Virus record (IMG/VR): IMGVR_UViG_3300045988_167691
Reading direction: 5' to 3' (one strand)
DNA: 64,000 nucleotides
DNA from: a virus
Shown here piece by piece: positions 9,526-19,269 of this stretch; within the stretch, counting starts at the first letter, position 1, and every line of letters begins with the position of its first letter. The notes under the pieces are model-generated. The model made no database searches and was not told the origin of the DNA. It saw only the letters and a program-made list of their open reading frames with translations. A program made the position numbers and the translations under genes.

Positions 9526-9764
9526 CTTCTAAATTTTTGTCTATTTGTATCTCTTACAAGCTGCCAAAGTCTTACATTTCCTCCTTCCGGTACACATGGA
9601 TCGATATACAGATTTCCTCCACCTATATAAGCAGGAACATTCCCTGTCGTGCTATAAGCTCTAATATCCCACAGAGTGAATTTCTTGCCATTTCTTTTCG
9701 AGAAATGTTGATTGAAATACTCTGTCATCCCTGTAAGATTCAAATTTTTTGTTAATATTTCCAC
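9522..9764 (-). CDS. hypothetical protein
   Basis: The 80-aa ORF overlaps the next gene's start by 4 nt, which suggests translational coupling. Confidence 0.45.
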   Translation of the reverse strand: MEILTKNLNLTGMTEYFNQHFSKRNGKKFTLWDIRAYSTTGNVPAYIGGGNLYIDPCVPEGGNVRLWQLVRDTNRQKFRR

Positions 9765-9770
9765 ACTCTA

Positions 9771-10181
9771 TCAGTTTAAAACTAATTTCAGTCTATCAAA
9801 ATCACGAGAACAATCATCCTCGTTTTCATATCGTATATGGATATTTTTATAGGGGTTGTCTTTTAAATTGACAGCATCCGGCATTTCATTTATGATTATT
9901 TCCGGTATCCCCTCATCCGTATATTTCATTTCAGCAGAGACTATGTATATCCTTGTAAGCGCCAGTTTCCCGTTTGAAAAGACAAACAGTCTCTCTTTCT
10001 TGAAATAGTTCTTTTCGCTCCATTTTGTGTATTCTTCTATGAAATCCGCTACACTTGTGTCACTTGGAAGAGCAATCACCTTCTCCAGTTTCTCTTTGAA
10101 AACGTTCATTTTCATATCCCCAAGCAATTCGGAAATAGAAGTAAGAAGCAATTCCATGTTTTCATTCAATCGCATTTCCAT
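9771..10181 (-). CDS. hypothetical protein
   Basis: The 136-aa ORF lies in the co-directional gene array. Confidence 0.5.
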   Translation of the reverse strand: MEMRLNENMELLLTSISELLGDMKMNVFKEKLEKVIALPSDTSVADFIEEYTKWSEKNYFKKERLFVFSNGKLALTRIYIVSAEMKYTDEGIPEIIINEMPDAVNLKDNPYKNIHIRYENEDDCSRDFDRLKLVLN

Positions 10182-10363
10182 CCCCCCCCTATTTCAATTA
10201 ATGTGTTCCATTCTCTAAGAACGAATCGGTTTCTGCCATTCTCTGCTTCTACCACTAACATCGTCCCATCTTCCACAGGGTAGGAATCAATCACTTCCCC
10301 TTCGAAGTAGTTTCCTTCTTCTGTCCAACGCACTTTCATGGCATCAAAATTTATAAATTGCAC
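10166..10363 (-). CDS. hypothetical protein
   Basis: The 65-aa ORF has short overlaps with both neighbours. Confidence 0.4.
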   Translation of the reverse strand: MQFINFDAMKVRWTEEGNYFEGEVIDSYPVEDGTMLVVEAENGRNRFVLREWNTLIEIGGGWKCD

Positions 10364-10770
10364 ATTTCGCTTTTAACTTTCTTGATATATTTCTTCGAAA
10401 CCTTTCCTCTATGAAGAACAATCGCCCTATCAATATCCTTAGATGGATTGTAGTGTTGTTGATAGATTTCAAACATCTCTCTTGCTTTAGTAGGATTGAG
10501 CCTATCGTTATAGGAATAAGCTCTCTTTCCTTTGATACGGTTCACTTCATCCACATAAATTTTCAACATTTGAAATCTGCCGGAAGCTGAACTTTTAGGA
10601 TTTCTTGCACTATCGTCACAGCCTGATTCAACCATGCAAATAGCATGAACCAATCTTTCCCAAACCACCCTGTCCATCGCGTCTTTCTTGTCACTAATAG
10701 TAGGAACTCTAGCATCAGAAACAAGTAACGGAAACAAAGATAATATTGACACGACAATTATTCTTCTCAT
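10351..10770 (-). CDS. secreted lytic transglycosylase (SLT/lysozyme-like)
   Basis: It has an N-terminal signal-like segment (MRRIIVVSILSLFPLLVS) and an SLT core (ICMVESGCDDSARNPKSSASGRFQM) with the catalytic E-S and G..Q motifs. Confidence 0.7.
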   Translation of the reverse strand: MRRIIVVSILSLFPLLVSDARVPTISDKKDAMDRVVWERLVHAICMVESGCDDSARNPKSSASGRFQMLKIYVDEVNRIKGKRAYSYNDRLNPTKAREMFEIYQQHYNPSKDIDRAIVLHRGKVSKKYIKKVKSEMCNL

Positions 10771-11249
10771 AAAATTTCCCTTTCTCCAAATTCATGTAAC
10801 CTATGACAAGCGGAGCAAAGAAGTTCAATGTTATCTTTGTCCATTTTCAAGTCCGGTCTCGCTCCGCGTGATCGTATGTGTGAAAAGAAAATGGCTTTTG
10901 GTTCATCTCCCAAAGGCTTTCCACATTTCGCGCATACATGTTCTCTTTCTCCCCATATTTCCATGAATAGGGTTTTAAGATCACCTCTCCTTTCTTTCCC
11001 TATTTTCTTGTCACATTCTTTACAGAGCCACTTCATCCTATTGTAGATGTAATGATTTTCACCACATCTTTTACAAGGACGATATTTGTATTTCTCCTTC
11101 TTTTTCAGCACGTTACTCAAACTTATAGCTTTTAATTCTTTCAATCTGATTTTCAAGATACTGAACTCTCTTATCAACCGTTGCGTTAATAGCTTTCTTT
11201 GCTTCTTCTTTTGTGAAAAACACATCTCTGCCAATTTTAGCCATTTCAC
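10767..11249 (-). CDS. HNH endonuclease (true start probably downstream, near GTG at 11111)
   Basis: It has a zinc knuckle (CKRCGENH...CKEC) and an HNH core (CAKCGKPL...HIRSRG...NIELLCSACHRLHE). The track start overlaps the upstream ORF by 137 nt. A GTG directly after that ORF's TAA would remove the overlap. Confidence 0.7.
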   Translation of the reverse strand: MKWLKLAEMCFSQKKKQRKLLTQRLIREFSILKIRLKELKAISLSNVLKKKEKYKYRPCKRCGENHYIYNRMKWLCKECDKKIGKERRGDLKTLFMEIWGEREHVCAKCGKPLGDEPKAIFFSHIRSRGARPDLKMDKDNIELLCSACHRLHEFGEREIL

Positions 11250-11370
11250 GTTCTCCTTCCGGGATGATATACTCCAGACCTCTGAAAGTAGTTGTTTCCC
11301 ATTTTTTTACTTCTTTAATTTCACCTGTCATAAGTGCTGAACGCACGTCATACATTACTTTTTCTTCCAT
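11113..11370 (-). CDS. hypothetical protein
   Basis: The 85-aa ORF has a coiled-coil-like C-terminus. Confidence 0.45.
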   Translation of the reverse strand: MEEKVMYDVRSALMTGEIKEVKKWETTTFRGLEYIIPEGEREMAKIGRDVFFTKEEAKKAINATVDKRVQYLENQIERIKSYKFE

Positions 11371-11590
11371 AACAATTTAAACTTTGTATTCTGTTAAACC
11401 TATCTATTAATTCACACACATAGTCCATCTTTTTCTCACTTTCCTTACTCGAAAGATAGATAAACCCGAAACTCCTTACAAACTTAGGGTTTCCAAACCA
11501 TCCGTACCTTACGATCAAAAGCTCTGCTCTTTTCGTATCGTAAAAACAAGGGACAATTTTAACTTCAAGTTCCTTTCTTCTTTTTCTCAT
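11348..11590 (-). CDS. hypothetical protein
   Basis: 80-aa ORF. Confidence 0.4.
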   Translation of the reverse strand: MRKRRKELEVKIVPCFYDTKRAELLIVRYGWFGNPKFVRSFGFIYLSSKESEKKMDYVCELIDRFNRIQSLNCYGRKSNV

Positions 11591-12087
11591 CTGTCCTTAT
11601 ATTTTTCTTCACACAATTTTATATACCTGCATCCTTTGCATTTCTTTTCATGATACAAAAACCCATCATAGCTTTCACAAAGGATGTATCCTCTCGGAGA
11701 ATCAAAATAAAGCTGTCTTTCTTTATCCAAATAGGAATCAGACAAGGCTTCTTCTTTCTGGATAGGGTTTCTAAGGTCGTATTCCATAACGAATTTAGAG
11801 GTAAACCACATATCCTTTTGTGTTCGTTTTCTCCATCTTTCAATAGCTGCTTTCCCTATCACATTAGGAAGAGGAATAATACTCAATTTCGACACCGACA
11901 AAATAAAAACCTGCCTATTAAATTGAAAAGTAAGATAGTTCCAAAGATTCCCCACTATTTCATTTTCAAGAAAATCTTTTATCCTTTCCCTGTCCTTTCT
12001 TTTTGCATGAAACTCATACTTCGGGTTGTTTGTCAGTTTCCCCTGTAAGTATTCATAAATCGTTTCAAATTCTTCTCGTCTTGTCAT
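11587..12087 (-). CDS. hypothetical protein
   Basis: The 166-aa ORF is the first gene after a terminator and promoter-like gap. It has a C-terminal Cys cluster (CESYDGFLYHEKKCKGCRYIKLC). Confidence 0.5.
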   Translation of the reverse strand: MTRREEFETIYEYLQGKLTNNPKYEFHAKRKDRERIKDFLENEIVGNLWNYLTFQFNRQVFILSVSKLSIIPLPNVIGKAAIERWRKRTQKDMWFTSKFVMEYDLRNPIQKEEALSDSYLDKERQLYFDSPRGYILCESYDGFLYHEKKCKGCRYIKLCEEKYKDR

Positions 12088-12093
12088 TGCTGT

Positions 12094-12125
12094 CGAAATT
12101 AGATTATAAAATCATTGCATACAAA
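12094..12125 (-). promoter_or_regulatory. Bacteroides-type promoter candidate (-33 TTTG, 20-nt spacer, -7 TAATTTCG)
   Basis: On the minus strand TTTG (12125..12122) and TAATTTCG (12101..12094) lie just upstream of the ATG at 12087. There is one mismatch to the TAnnTTTG consensus. Confidence 0.3.
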
Positions 12126-12142
12126 AGTTGTATATTTTAAGT

Positions 12143-12172
12143 GATAAAAGAAGGGGAAGTTTTTGTTCCCCT
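12143..12172 (-). terminator. intrinsic terminator candidate after gene 12203..12769
   Basis: Hairpin AGGGGAA (12152..12158) / TTCCCCT (12166..12172) is followed on the minus strand by TCTTTTAT. Confidence 0.55.
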
Positions 12173-12202
12173 GTCTCGCTGACAAAACTACAACTTTTGT
12201 AA

Positions 12203-12769
12203 CTATTCCCAAACCAAATTAATGTTAAAAATCTCATCGGTCTCTTTTTCAACCTTCTTATAGCGGTTCTGCGTGTTCATATCTCTCTCTGCCACAAGAT
12301 CATAGTCATTTTTTATAATTTTCTTATCAAGCGACCGACAGAACCACAAACAGATTTCATCCCCAGCTTCCATATCACCAAGCGATACCGGTTCTTCCTC
12401 TTTTGCTTCATAAAATTGAATCCAATAAGGTTTTTCGTTCATGGAAGATGTGCGCGAAGTAACCGGATTTTCTTCTTCATCCTTTCCCATCCCTATAGCT
12501 CCTACCGTGATTGTCCCGTAGGGGTTATCCGTTACAGAAGAAAACCATAATTCGACATTTTTAAGCGTTTCTGTGCCCTCATTTTTCAAAACAAGAGCAA
12601 CGTATTGGCTATGAGGATTTGAAGCCAAATTAAGGCTTATTTCATCAAATAAATTGCCAAATACATCATTAGGCACAAGAGTGGAAGATTTATATCCACC
12701 CAACGAATCTGAAACTTTGGACTGCGGACTGTTATATCCCGAACTGACCGTATAATAAAACCGTAACAT
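12203..12769 (-). CDS. hypothetical protein (last gene of the tail-fibre operon)
   Basis: The 188-aa ORF is assigned by position only. Confidence 0.5.
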   Translation of the reverse strand: MLRFYYTVSSGYNSPQSKVSDSLGGYKSSTLVPNDVFGNLFDEISLNLASNPHSQYVALVLKNEGTETLKNVELWFSSVTDNPYGTITVGAIGMGKDEEENPVTSRTSSMNEKPYWIQFYEAKEEEPVSLGDMEAGDEICLWFCRSLDKKIIKNDYDLVAERDMNTQNRYKKVEKETDEIFNINLVWE

Positions 12770-12774
12770 AAGCC

Positions 12775-13620
12775 TTAACTTTTAGAAGTTGACATGAATA
12801 TATTCCCAAGCGACCAATATTCGCTTTTCACTTCATTGTAAACAGATACCGTGCCGCCAGAATTTTGTACACGAGCGATATAATATTCATCCACTTCTTT
12901 GTCTGGCGGAGTGCTGATGCTTACTTCTGGGACTAAAGAAATGACATAATCATCATAAGTGTACAAACCGTTTCGCTGCTCGGAAGTCAATACACCTCCC
13001 AAAGGAAGTGTCCCAAGCACAATAGCTCTTAAATTCGATTCCGCTACAAATGTAGTTGCGGATGTAAGAAGTAAGTTTTGGCTGTCAATTATGTTTACAA
13101 TCTGATAAACGCCATTATTCAAAAGAACAGAACCGTCTTGTTTTTCAAACCTAATAGAAATAGGAGTTGACGAAGACTGCCCTCTCACCTTGCCTGAAAA
13201 ATCAACCGAACCAGACACAATACCTTGTGAGTTTACGCTTACATATCCCTTTTCGTAATTTCTTGTTTTGTAAGCAATCTTCACCCAATAGAAATTGCTG
13301 TCGTTCGGTACAAGAATATTATCTTCTACATTGATATCTATAAAGTTCCCGGCACTGGTAAGAGCCATCCCAGGAAGTACCTTAATAGTGCCAGAGTTTG
13401 TTCCTGTTTCCACTTTAAAAGGTTCTACAAGATTTTCGTTTTCTTCCGGTTTATTGACTGTATTAGGATTGATCTTAGACGGGTCATTCGTAATCATCCC
13501 AAAAGAATAAGATGCCTGTAGCACCGCCTTCATAAGCGGTGCTGTAGCAAAGAAAGAAATCATATTTGAAAGTTCTTCTTTCTCTAAAAAAACATTTCTG
13601 CTAACATTTAACTTGCTCAT
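12775..13620 (-). CDS. hypothetical virion-associated protein
   Basis: The 281-aa ORF lies directly downstream of the 1648-aa fibre gene. Confidence 0.5.
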   Translation of the reverse strand: MSKLNVSRNVFLEKEELSNMISFFATAPLMKAVLQASYSFGMITNDPSKINPNTVNKPEENENLVEPFKVETGTNSGTIKVLPGMALTSAGNFIDINVEDNILVPNDSNFYWVKIAYKTRNYEKGYVSVNSQGIVSGSVDFSGKVRGQSSSTPISIRFEKQDGSVLLNNGVYQIVNIIDSQNLLLTSATTFVAESNLRAIVLGTLPLGGVLTSEQRNGLYTYDDYVISLVPEVSISTPPDKEVDEYYIARVQNSGGTVSVYNEVKSEYWSLGNIFMSTSKS

Positions 13621-13646
13621 TCTCAGTATATTTTAAAATTTTCAAC

Positions 13647-16600
13647 TTATTTCCATCCACTTGGAACACCCTCGCAATTTGTGCCTGTAAAAGTCTGACT
13701 ATGACTTGTTACATTATTGTTCCCAGACTCCGTTATCTTTACATAATTGGATGATCCGGAAAGAATTTGAATAACAGGGACAGTTCCAAGTTTCGAGCAA
13801 CCATAAAACATTCTGTCCATATTAACCTTTCCTACACCTGCTGATGATCTATCGTATAGGGACGTGTATGAAACTGCATAGGTCTGTTCTGTTCCTAAAG
13901 AAAGATTTGTACAGTTTGCAAACATTTCAGTACAATTCAAATTACCACTGATATTCTCAAAATTGGTATCATTAAACTGATTTCCTATATCCACATTCAC
14001 AGGTCGTGCAGATGTTCCTGGTTGTCCTACATAATTCCCTGTTCTTCCAAAAGAAGTGAGTGACGTGCATCCTGCAAAGCATCTCCTAAGATTAGTAAGT
14101 GTCGTAAGATCATTAAAGAACTTAGCGGGAATTTGTTTCACACCCGTGTTCTCAAACATACTTTCTGCATTCTGCAACTTTCCATTCTTCATATTAAAAG
14201 AAGATATATCAGATAAATTCCTACAATTCGCAAACATTCTTGAAGCGTTTGTTACACTTGACGGAAGTCCCTGTCCATAAGGAATAGACAAATAAGTACA
14301 ATTCTCAAACAATGACTGCATATTTGTTGCCTTCGAAGAGTAAGAAAACATAGCGGTAGACCAGCCGTCGACAAGACTTGTACAACCGACAAAGCAACCA
14401 ACAAAAGAAACAATGTTTGTGCAATATCTGAACCATAATACCGGAAGTTCGGTTATGGCTGTGCAGCCTTGAAATGTATATTGCATATACTGTGCATTCG
14501 TTGAATTGCTAAATGGAGAACTTGTAGCTGATTGACCTCCTGTATTTTTCAAAGCCGTACATTCAAGAAATACAGCATGGAAATCTTCTGCGCCACCTCC
14601 CCTTCCAAAAGTACCATTGCCAACGCATGAAGTCAAACTCTTACAACTTCTAAACAAGGAAGAATGATAAACACATGAAGTAGGAACAAGTTGACCACTC
14701 GGGAGACTTGTAACCCCACTGCTCCAGAAAGCACCCGCACAAGAATTACCTGTCATTTTGGTAAACAAACCAGAAGGAATAGACCTAAGACTTGTGCAAT
14801 CTCTAAACCAACAGATAACACCCCCTGAAATAGAAGGAATTGTGTTTGTTGCAATCGATGAAAGACTTGTACATCCTCTAAAGGCAGAATGGTTGCCGCC
14901 GGCATCGTCCACATTATAAGTGCCAGAACTTCCCTGAATAGAAAATGATTCGGGCCACTGTTTGATTGCAGTAGCTCTTGTATGATTTCTGAAATTGGCA
15001 TACACAGTAGAAGGGTTACTTGTATTTCTACTTCCGCCTTGTACCCTTACCTCTCTCCCCACTATTTCATAAACGCCATTTGATACAGATGGCGTTTGAG
15101 GCGATCCGCTATAAGAAACGATAAGAGCTTTCCAAAGATAAAGGTAAATACTGTTCCCTCCTGCGTTCGTTGATTCATCCCCTGTCCCTACACATTCCGA
15201 ATCCGTAGCGGAAGCATACACATAACCTCCAGAAGGAGAAGAAACCGTTATCCTACCACTTCCATTTGTCTGATCTGTACCACTGTAATAAGACGATCCG
15301 TCAGGCGCGGTAGTTCTTATATTCACGGAAGCATAAGGTTGCAATACATTTTCCTTTCTAAGATAAATATAAGTTGTCGTAAGCTCATAGTCAAGGGTGA
15401 AATCTATATACGTGTCAGCTCCCGATATTGCAATATTGTTTTTCGTTTGGGATTGATAATTGTCTGCCGTACAAGTGGCATTATACGACCCTGATTGTAT
15501 TCCAGTAAGTGTAAGCTGTCCTTGTGAGTTGGTGTACCCACTCTTTCCTCCATAAGTTACGTAAGCTCGATTAATGTTATATCCATTTCGGGATTTCACT
15601 GTAATATGAGCACTGTAAGTCTTGTTAGAAACACCTACCCTTTGTTGTGGCATTGATTCCTGATTAACTGTGACAGAACCTTCCGTAGGCTGATAGTCAT
15701 AAACGGAAACTTCATATCTGTAAGTTTTCCCCATCTGCATCATAAAGGTCGTTGTACCGTCCGACCCTGTATTTTGCGTACTAAGTCCTTCTGGTTTTAC
15801 AGAAGCTCCTGAAACTGGAAGCCCTGTATCGGAATTATAAACATAGAACTGCACTCTCGTTTCTTTTCTTGGCATTGCAACATTCACCGTCTTTGGAAGG
15901 TCATTTGGTTGCACAACCCCTGTCTGGTTACTGAAATATTGCTTCGAAGCCACCCAATCATAACGCATTCTCGGAACAGAGAATTTGCTCTGTCCGTTAT
16001 TAGTCAGACCTGTTTGTTCTCCTGCACCTCCTTGATTAAGCGTTATCCTTGTACCGTTGGAAATGATACCGTTATCCTCTGTTACAACAAATGTAAGATC
16101 ATACAAGGTTTGATCCATATAGATGCTCACCACTTGATCATTTCCATTTACAGTAAATTGCTGCTCTCTGTCCTCATATTCCTCATAGGATGCTATGACA
16201 GTGTATTGTCCATTGGGAAGTTCCAACACAACACCAGAAGAATCTTCCTGCACAAAATCCTTATCGTTTACTTTCACTTTCGCACCTTCAACGACTGTTC
16301 CTCCTGCGCCATACACCTTGATAGTAGTCTTATAGGTAAGCTGTTTCAAGTCTATCGTAAGGTTCGAATTATTATAAAACTCATAGTTTTCCACATATAC
16401 CCGTTGATGATTGTTGTCGTAAAATACATCATAAGAATATTTTCCACCCAACACTCCTTCAAAAACAGCCTGCCCATTGTCAGAAGTCTGTTTTGTCAAA
16501 CCTGCAAATCTTACGGTAGCTCCATTTAAAGGCTTTTTCTCTCCTGTAAAAGTGTTGTAGTCATTCACAGCAAACGTCATGCCAAAAGTAGGCATAGGAT

Positions 16601-18593
16601 TGAAATTCACTTGTATATCCTTATTACTGTCCACAACAACATCCCCATTTACAGGAATCCAGTTTTGCTTTTCAACAAGATAAGTGTAATCACCTCCCAA
16701 TATATTCGTGAATGTCACTTTCCCATTCGTGCCCGTTCTTTTGCTTTCCGAATAAGCGACAGTATCCTCTGTTGCCAGTCTGTCCTTTGCGGTAAGTGTC
16801 ACATTTGCACCTTCCACTGCGCCAGTAGATGAATTTGTCACCGTAAATGTAATCGTATATCTTGGTATCAATATAAGCGTTACAGGTTCGGATTGATCGT
16901 CTTGTACATTGATGTTCTTCCTTATGGTATAATAATCCGTCTTGCTTACAGTATAAGGGTATAAGCCAGGAAAAGCCATAAATATGGCATTACCAGAAGA
17001 ATCCGTATGTTTAAATTCACCATTAAAAGTAACAAGGGCATTTTGTATAGGTCTTTCATTTTCGTCCTTTACAACGAACGTGACTTTTCTTTCATACACA
17101 TCTCCTTGCATTTGAATATATTCCACCTGCGTTTCTTCATCGTCTTCCAATACCTGAAACAATCTATCTTCTATATTCATGAACAAAGACTTCTCCACAT
17201 CAATAGAATAATCACCAGGATAAAGTACAATAGATGCTTCCCCGTTTCTGTCCGTCACAAGACGTTTGTCTAAAATGGAAATAGAAGCTCCTTCTATGTA
17301 AGCTCCCCTATCCGACAATACTTTGAAAATAACATTCTTCTCTTTCAAAGGCTGAATATCCTCACTACCCATTATGTTTTTGTAGGTAACAAGGTAATCT
17401 TCTGTAAATCCTTTTACTCCTTCCTCGCTTGTAAGGGAATTATTAAGATAATAAGCAGCTATCACATCCTTTTCCCCTAAATTACCTTGATAGAATGGAA
17501 GGAAAAGTGGCTTTATCTTTATATCATAAATATACACGGAAGAGGAAGGATTTGACCTGTCTTGTGTAAGACTTAATGACAAGAATTTCATTCCGTCTTT
17601 CATTTGAAGCCCTCTCCCTTTCGGGAAATTAAGCTCTAACTGCTTCGCGTATGCCCTGTTCTTTCTCGATAGAATTGCCCGGCATTCATAATACACTCCA
17701 GCTACAGGAAGTTCCAGGATTCCTTTACTGCCGGAAACAAAATTGTTGCTCTCTGCACTTCCATAAGATTCCTTGCATATCATAGGTTGAACGGCTTCGT
17801 TAAACACTTCCACACCGAATTTCAAATTTTGGTTGCTTGCGGAAGATGTTTTAACCTTAAAAGAAATCTGATAAGAAAGATTTTCTGAAATAGGAAGGAG
17901 CTTCGTTTTGTCAATTTCAGAAGAAATACCCACCAAAGCATTTCCAACGAAAGTCATTGCCTGTATAGGAGTGCCATTGTTGTCTATATCATCCACAATA
18001 ACAACACCTGTAGGGTTCACAAGTGGATAGGCATTCAAATCTTTTACGCTTTCCGTTGTCTCATACCCTTTTGTAACATTCAAAACCGTGTCTGTCCTGT
18101 TCCATGTAGGAGAGCTATGTCCCATTGTCCATCCAGTATCACGAGACATCAAAAGGGCAAATATAAACTCATCCTCCGTCTTATATCTAATAAGACGGAG
18201 AAGCTCCCCAAGTATCGCGCCTTCCTTGTTTACAATATCAAGTGTTCCTCTTTTTCTATATTCCTTCACATAATTATTGAACAGATATTTCATCTGTTCG
18301 AGTGTGTCCACTTCATCTGTCACAAGTCCTCTGTTTTCAACAAAAAGTTCAAACAGAATCTTGTTCGTATCAATCTCGTTATATTGCTTTGCATACAAGA
18401 CAACAAGCGCAAAGATATGACAGACTGTTTCCCAATACGCCTTAAAATCCTCTCCGTCCTTCTTTATAAAAGTAGGAAGAATGCCGGGAGAAGATACCTT
18501 TTCAAGTACATTCTCCGCCCATTCCATTACGGCAGGGTCATTTTCTTCAAAGAACCGTTTGAACACGGTTTTATTGTAAATTTCCTGCGACAT
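13647..18593 (-). CDS. giant tail fibre / receptor-binding protein with a C-terminal BspA-type leucine-rich repeat domain
   Basis: The 1648-aa ORF has a central run of ~80-90-aa beta-sandwich repeats, CarboxypepD_reg-like by pattern (..GA.V.....T...G.A.F....G.Y.Y.V.K..Y..). The C-terminal ~500 aa carry at least 12 F..CT.L..I-type repeats (FRGCTSLSSI, FRDCTSLRSIP, FQGCTAITELP, FAGCTSLTSF, and others). Confidence 0.75.
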   Translation of the reverse strand: MSQEIYNKTVFKRFFEENDPAVMEWAENVLEKVSSPGILPTFIKKDGEDFKAYWETVCHIFALVVLYAKQYNEIDTNKILFELFVENRGLVTDEVDTLEQMKYLFNNYVKEYRKRGTLDIVNKEGAILGELLRLIRYKTEDEFIFALLMSRDTGWTMGHSSPTWNRTDTVLNVTKGYETTESVKDLNAYPLVNPTGVVIVDDIDNNGTPIQAMTFVGNALVGISSEIDKTKLLPISENLSYQISFKVKTSSASNQNLKFGVEVFNEAVQPMICKESYGSAESNNFVSGSKGILELPVAGVYYECRAILSRKNRAYAKQLELNFPKGRGLQMKDGMKFLSLSLTQDRSNPSSSVYIYDIKIKPLFLPFYQGNLGEKDVIAAYYLNNSLTSEEGVKGFTEDYLVTYKNIMGSEDIQPLKEKNVIFKVLSDRGAYIEGASISILDKRLVTDRNGEASIVLYPGDYSIDVEKSLFMNIEDRLFQVLEDDEETQVEYIQMQGDVYERKVTFVVKDENERPIQNALVTFNGEFKHTDSSGNAIFMAFPGLYPYTVSKTDYYTIRKNINVQDDQSEPVTLILIPRYTITFTVTNSSTGAVEGANVTLTAKDRLATEDTVAYSESKRTGTNGKVTFTNILGGDYTYLVEKQNWIPVNGDVVVDSNKDIQVNFNPMPTFGMTFAVNDYNTFTGEKKPLNGATVRFAGLTKQTSDNGQAVFEGVLGGKYSYDVFYDNNHQRVYVENYEFYNNSNLTIDLKQLTYKTTIKVYGAGGTVVEGAKVKVNDKDFVQEDSSGVVLELPNGQYTVIASYEEYEDREQQFTVNGNDQVVSIYMDQTLYDLTFVVTEDNGIISNGTRITLNQGGAGEQTGLTNNGQSKFSVPRMRYDWVASKQYFSNQTGVVQPNDLPKTVNVAMPRKETRVQFYVYNSDTGLPVSGASVKPEGLSTQNTGSDGTTTFMMQMGKTYRYEVSVYDYQPTEGSVTVNQESMPQQRVGVSNKTYSAHITVKSRNGYNINRAYVTYGGKSGYTNSQGQLTLTGIQSGSYNATCTADNYQSQTKNNIAISGADTYIDFTLDYELTTTYIYLRKENVLQPYASVNIRTTAPDGSSYYSGTDQTNGSGRITVSSPSGGYVYASATDSECVGTGDESTNAGGNSIYLYLWKALIVSYSGSPQTPSVSNGVYEIVGREVRVQGGSRNTSNPSTVYANFRNHTRATAIKQWPESFSIQGSSGTYNVDDAGGNHSAFRGCTSLSSIATNTIPSISGGVICWFRDCTSLRSIPSGLFTKMTGNSCAGAFWSSGVTSLPSGQLVPTSCVYHSSLFRSCKSLTSCVGNGTFGRGGGAEDFHAVFLECTALKNTGGQSATSSPFSNSTNAQYMQYTFQGCTAITELPVLWFRYCTNIVSFVGCFVGCTSLVDGWSTAMFSYSSKATNMQSLFENCTYLSIPYGQGLPSSVTNASRMFANCRNLSDISSFNMKNGKLQNAESMFENTGVKQIPAKFFNDLTTLTNLRRCFAGCTSLTSFGRTGNYVGQPGTSARPVNVDIGNQFNDTNFENISGNLNCTEMFANCTNLSLGTEQTYAVSYTSLYDRSSAGVGKVNMDRMFYGCSKLGTVPVIQILSGSSNYVKITESGNNNVTSHSQTFTGTNCEGVPSGWK

Positions 18594-18610
18594 CCTTAAC
18601 TTATTAATAA

Positions 18611-19267
18611 TTAAACTTTCTCAACATATAATCCAACAAGGGCTGATAAATCATGTGTAAGAGGTTGTTCACTATTTCTTGTACATTTATATTTTATACC
18701 ATTTTGGATATAGTATTTGTCTTTGAATATTTCCATAGGTGGAATGTAAACAATAGGATCATCGATAGTTCCTTTATGTTCTTCTTCTACTACTTTCCAC
18801 AAGCTTGCAGTAGCCATAGAAGGTTTCCAGTTTTCCTGTGTTGTGTGCCCCTGGATACATTCCCAAAGAATATCATCAGATAAATATCTTTCTCCTACTT
18901 TAACAGTAATACCAGCAATCCATTCTAGATAACGATCTTTTACCTGTAAGGCTTCACTTGGAGTTAATTTATATGTATTTATATTCTTAGCTACTTCTTC
19001 ATCAAGAATGTTTAAAGCCAATATGCGACTAAAATCTCTGTTAATTACAGGTTCTTCTCCTTCCGGATAAGTCCATTCGTCGCTTGATAAAAGGTTAATA
19101 AATTCCGGATCGCTAAACGAATATCTCGGAAAATCTTCGTCACTAAATGGTAATAGCATCTCTTCGTGCAGGATCACTTTGCTTTGATCCACACTTGTTC
19201 TCATTTCGGGCAGTATTTCAATACCGTGGGACTTTACCCATAATAAATCAACAATTGCGTACACCAT
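18611..19267 (-). CDS. hypothetical protein
   Basis: The 218-aa ORF has an aromatic-rich C-terminal half (WECIQGHTTQENWKPSMATASLWKVV), reminiscent of small carbohydrate-binding modules. This is a weak resemblance. Confidence 0.45.
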   Translation of the reverse strand: MVYAIVDLLWVKSHGIEILPEMRTSVDQSKVILHEEMLLPFSDEDFPRYSFSDPEFINLLSSDEWTYPEGEEPVINRDFSRILALNILDEEVAKNINTYKLTPSEALQVKDRYLEWIAGITVKVGERYLSDDILWECIQGHTTQENWKPSMATASLWKVVEEEHKGTIDDPIVYIPPMEIFKDKYYIQNGIKYKCTRNSEQPLTHDLSALVGLYVEKV

Positions 19268-19269
19268 AA

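Noticed and set aside
15909-16529. 206-aa plus-strand ORF, and many other plus-strand ORFs inside the giant fibre, helicase, TerL, portal and tape-measure genes
   Set aside because: All are embedded antisense in long, motif-supported minus-strand genes. They have implausible Cys/Phe/Ile-rich composition, alternative start codons and no intergenic context.
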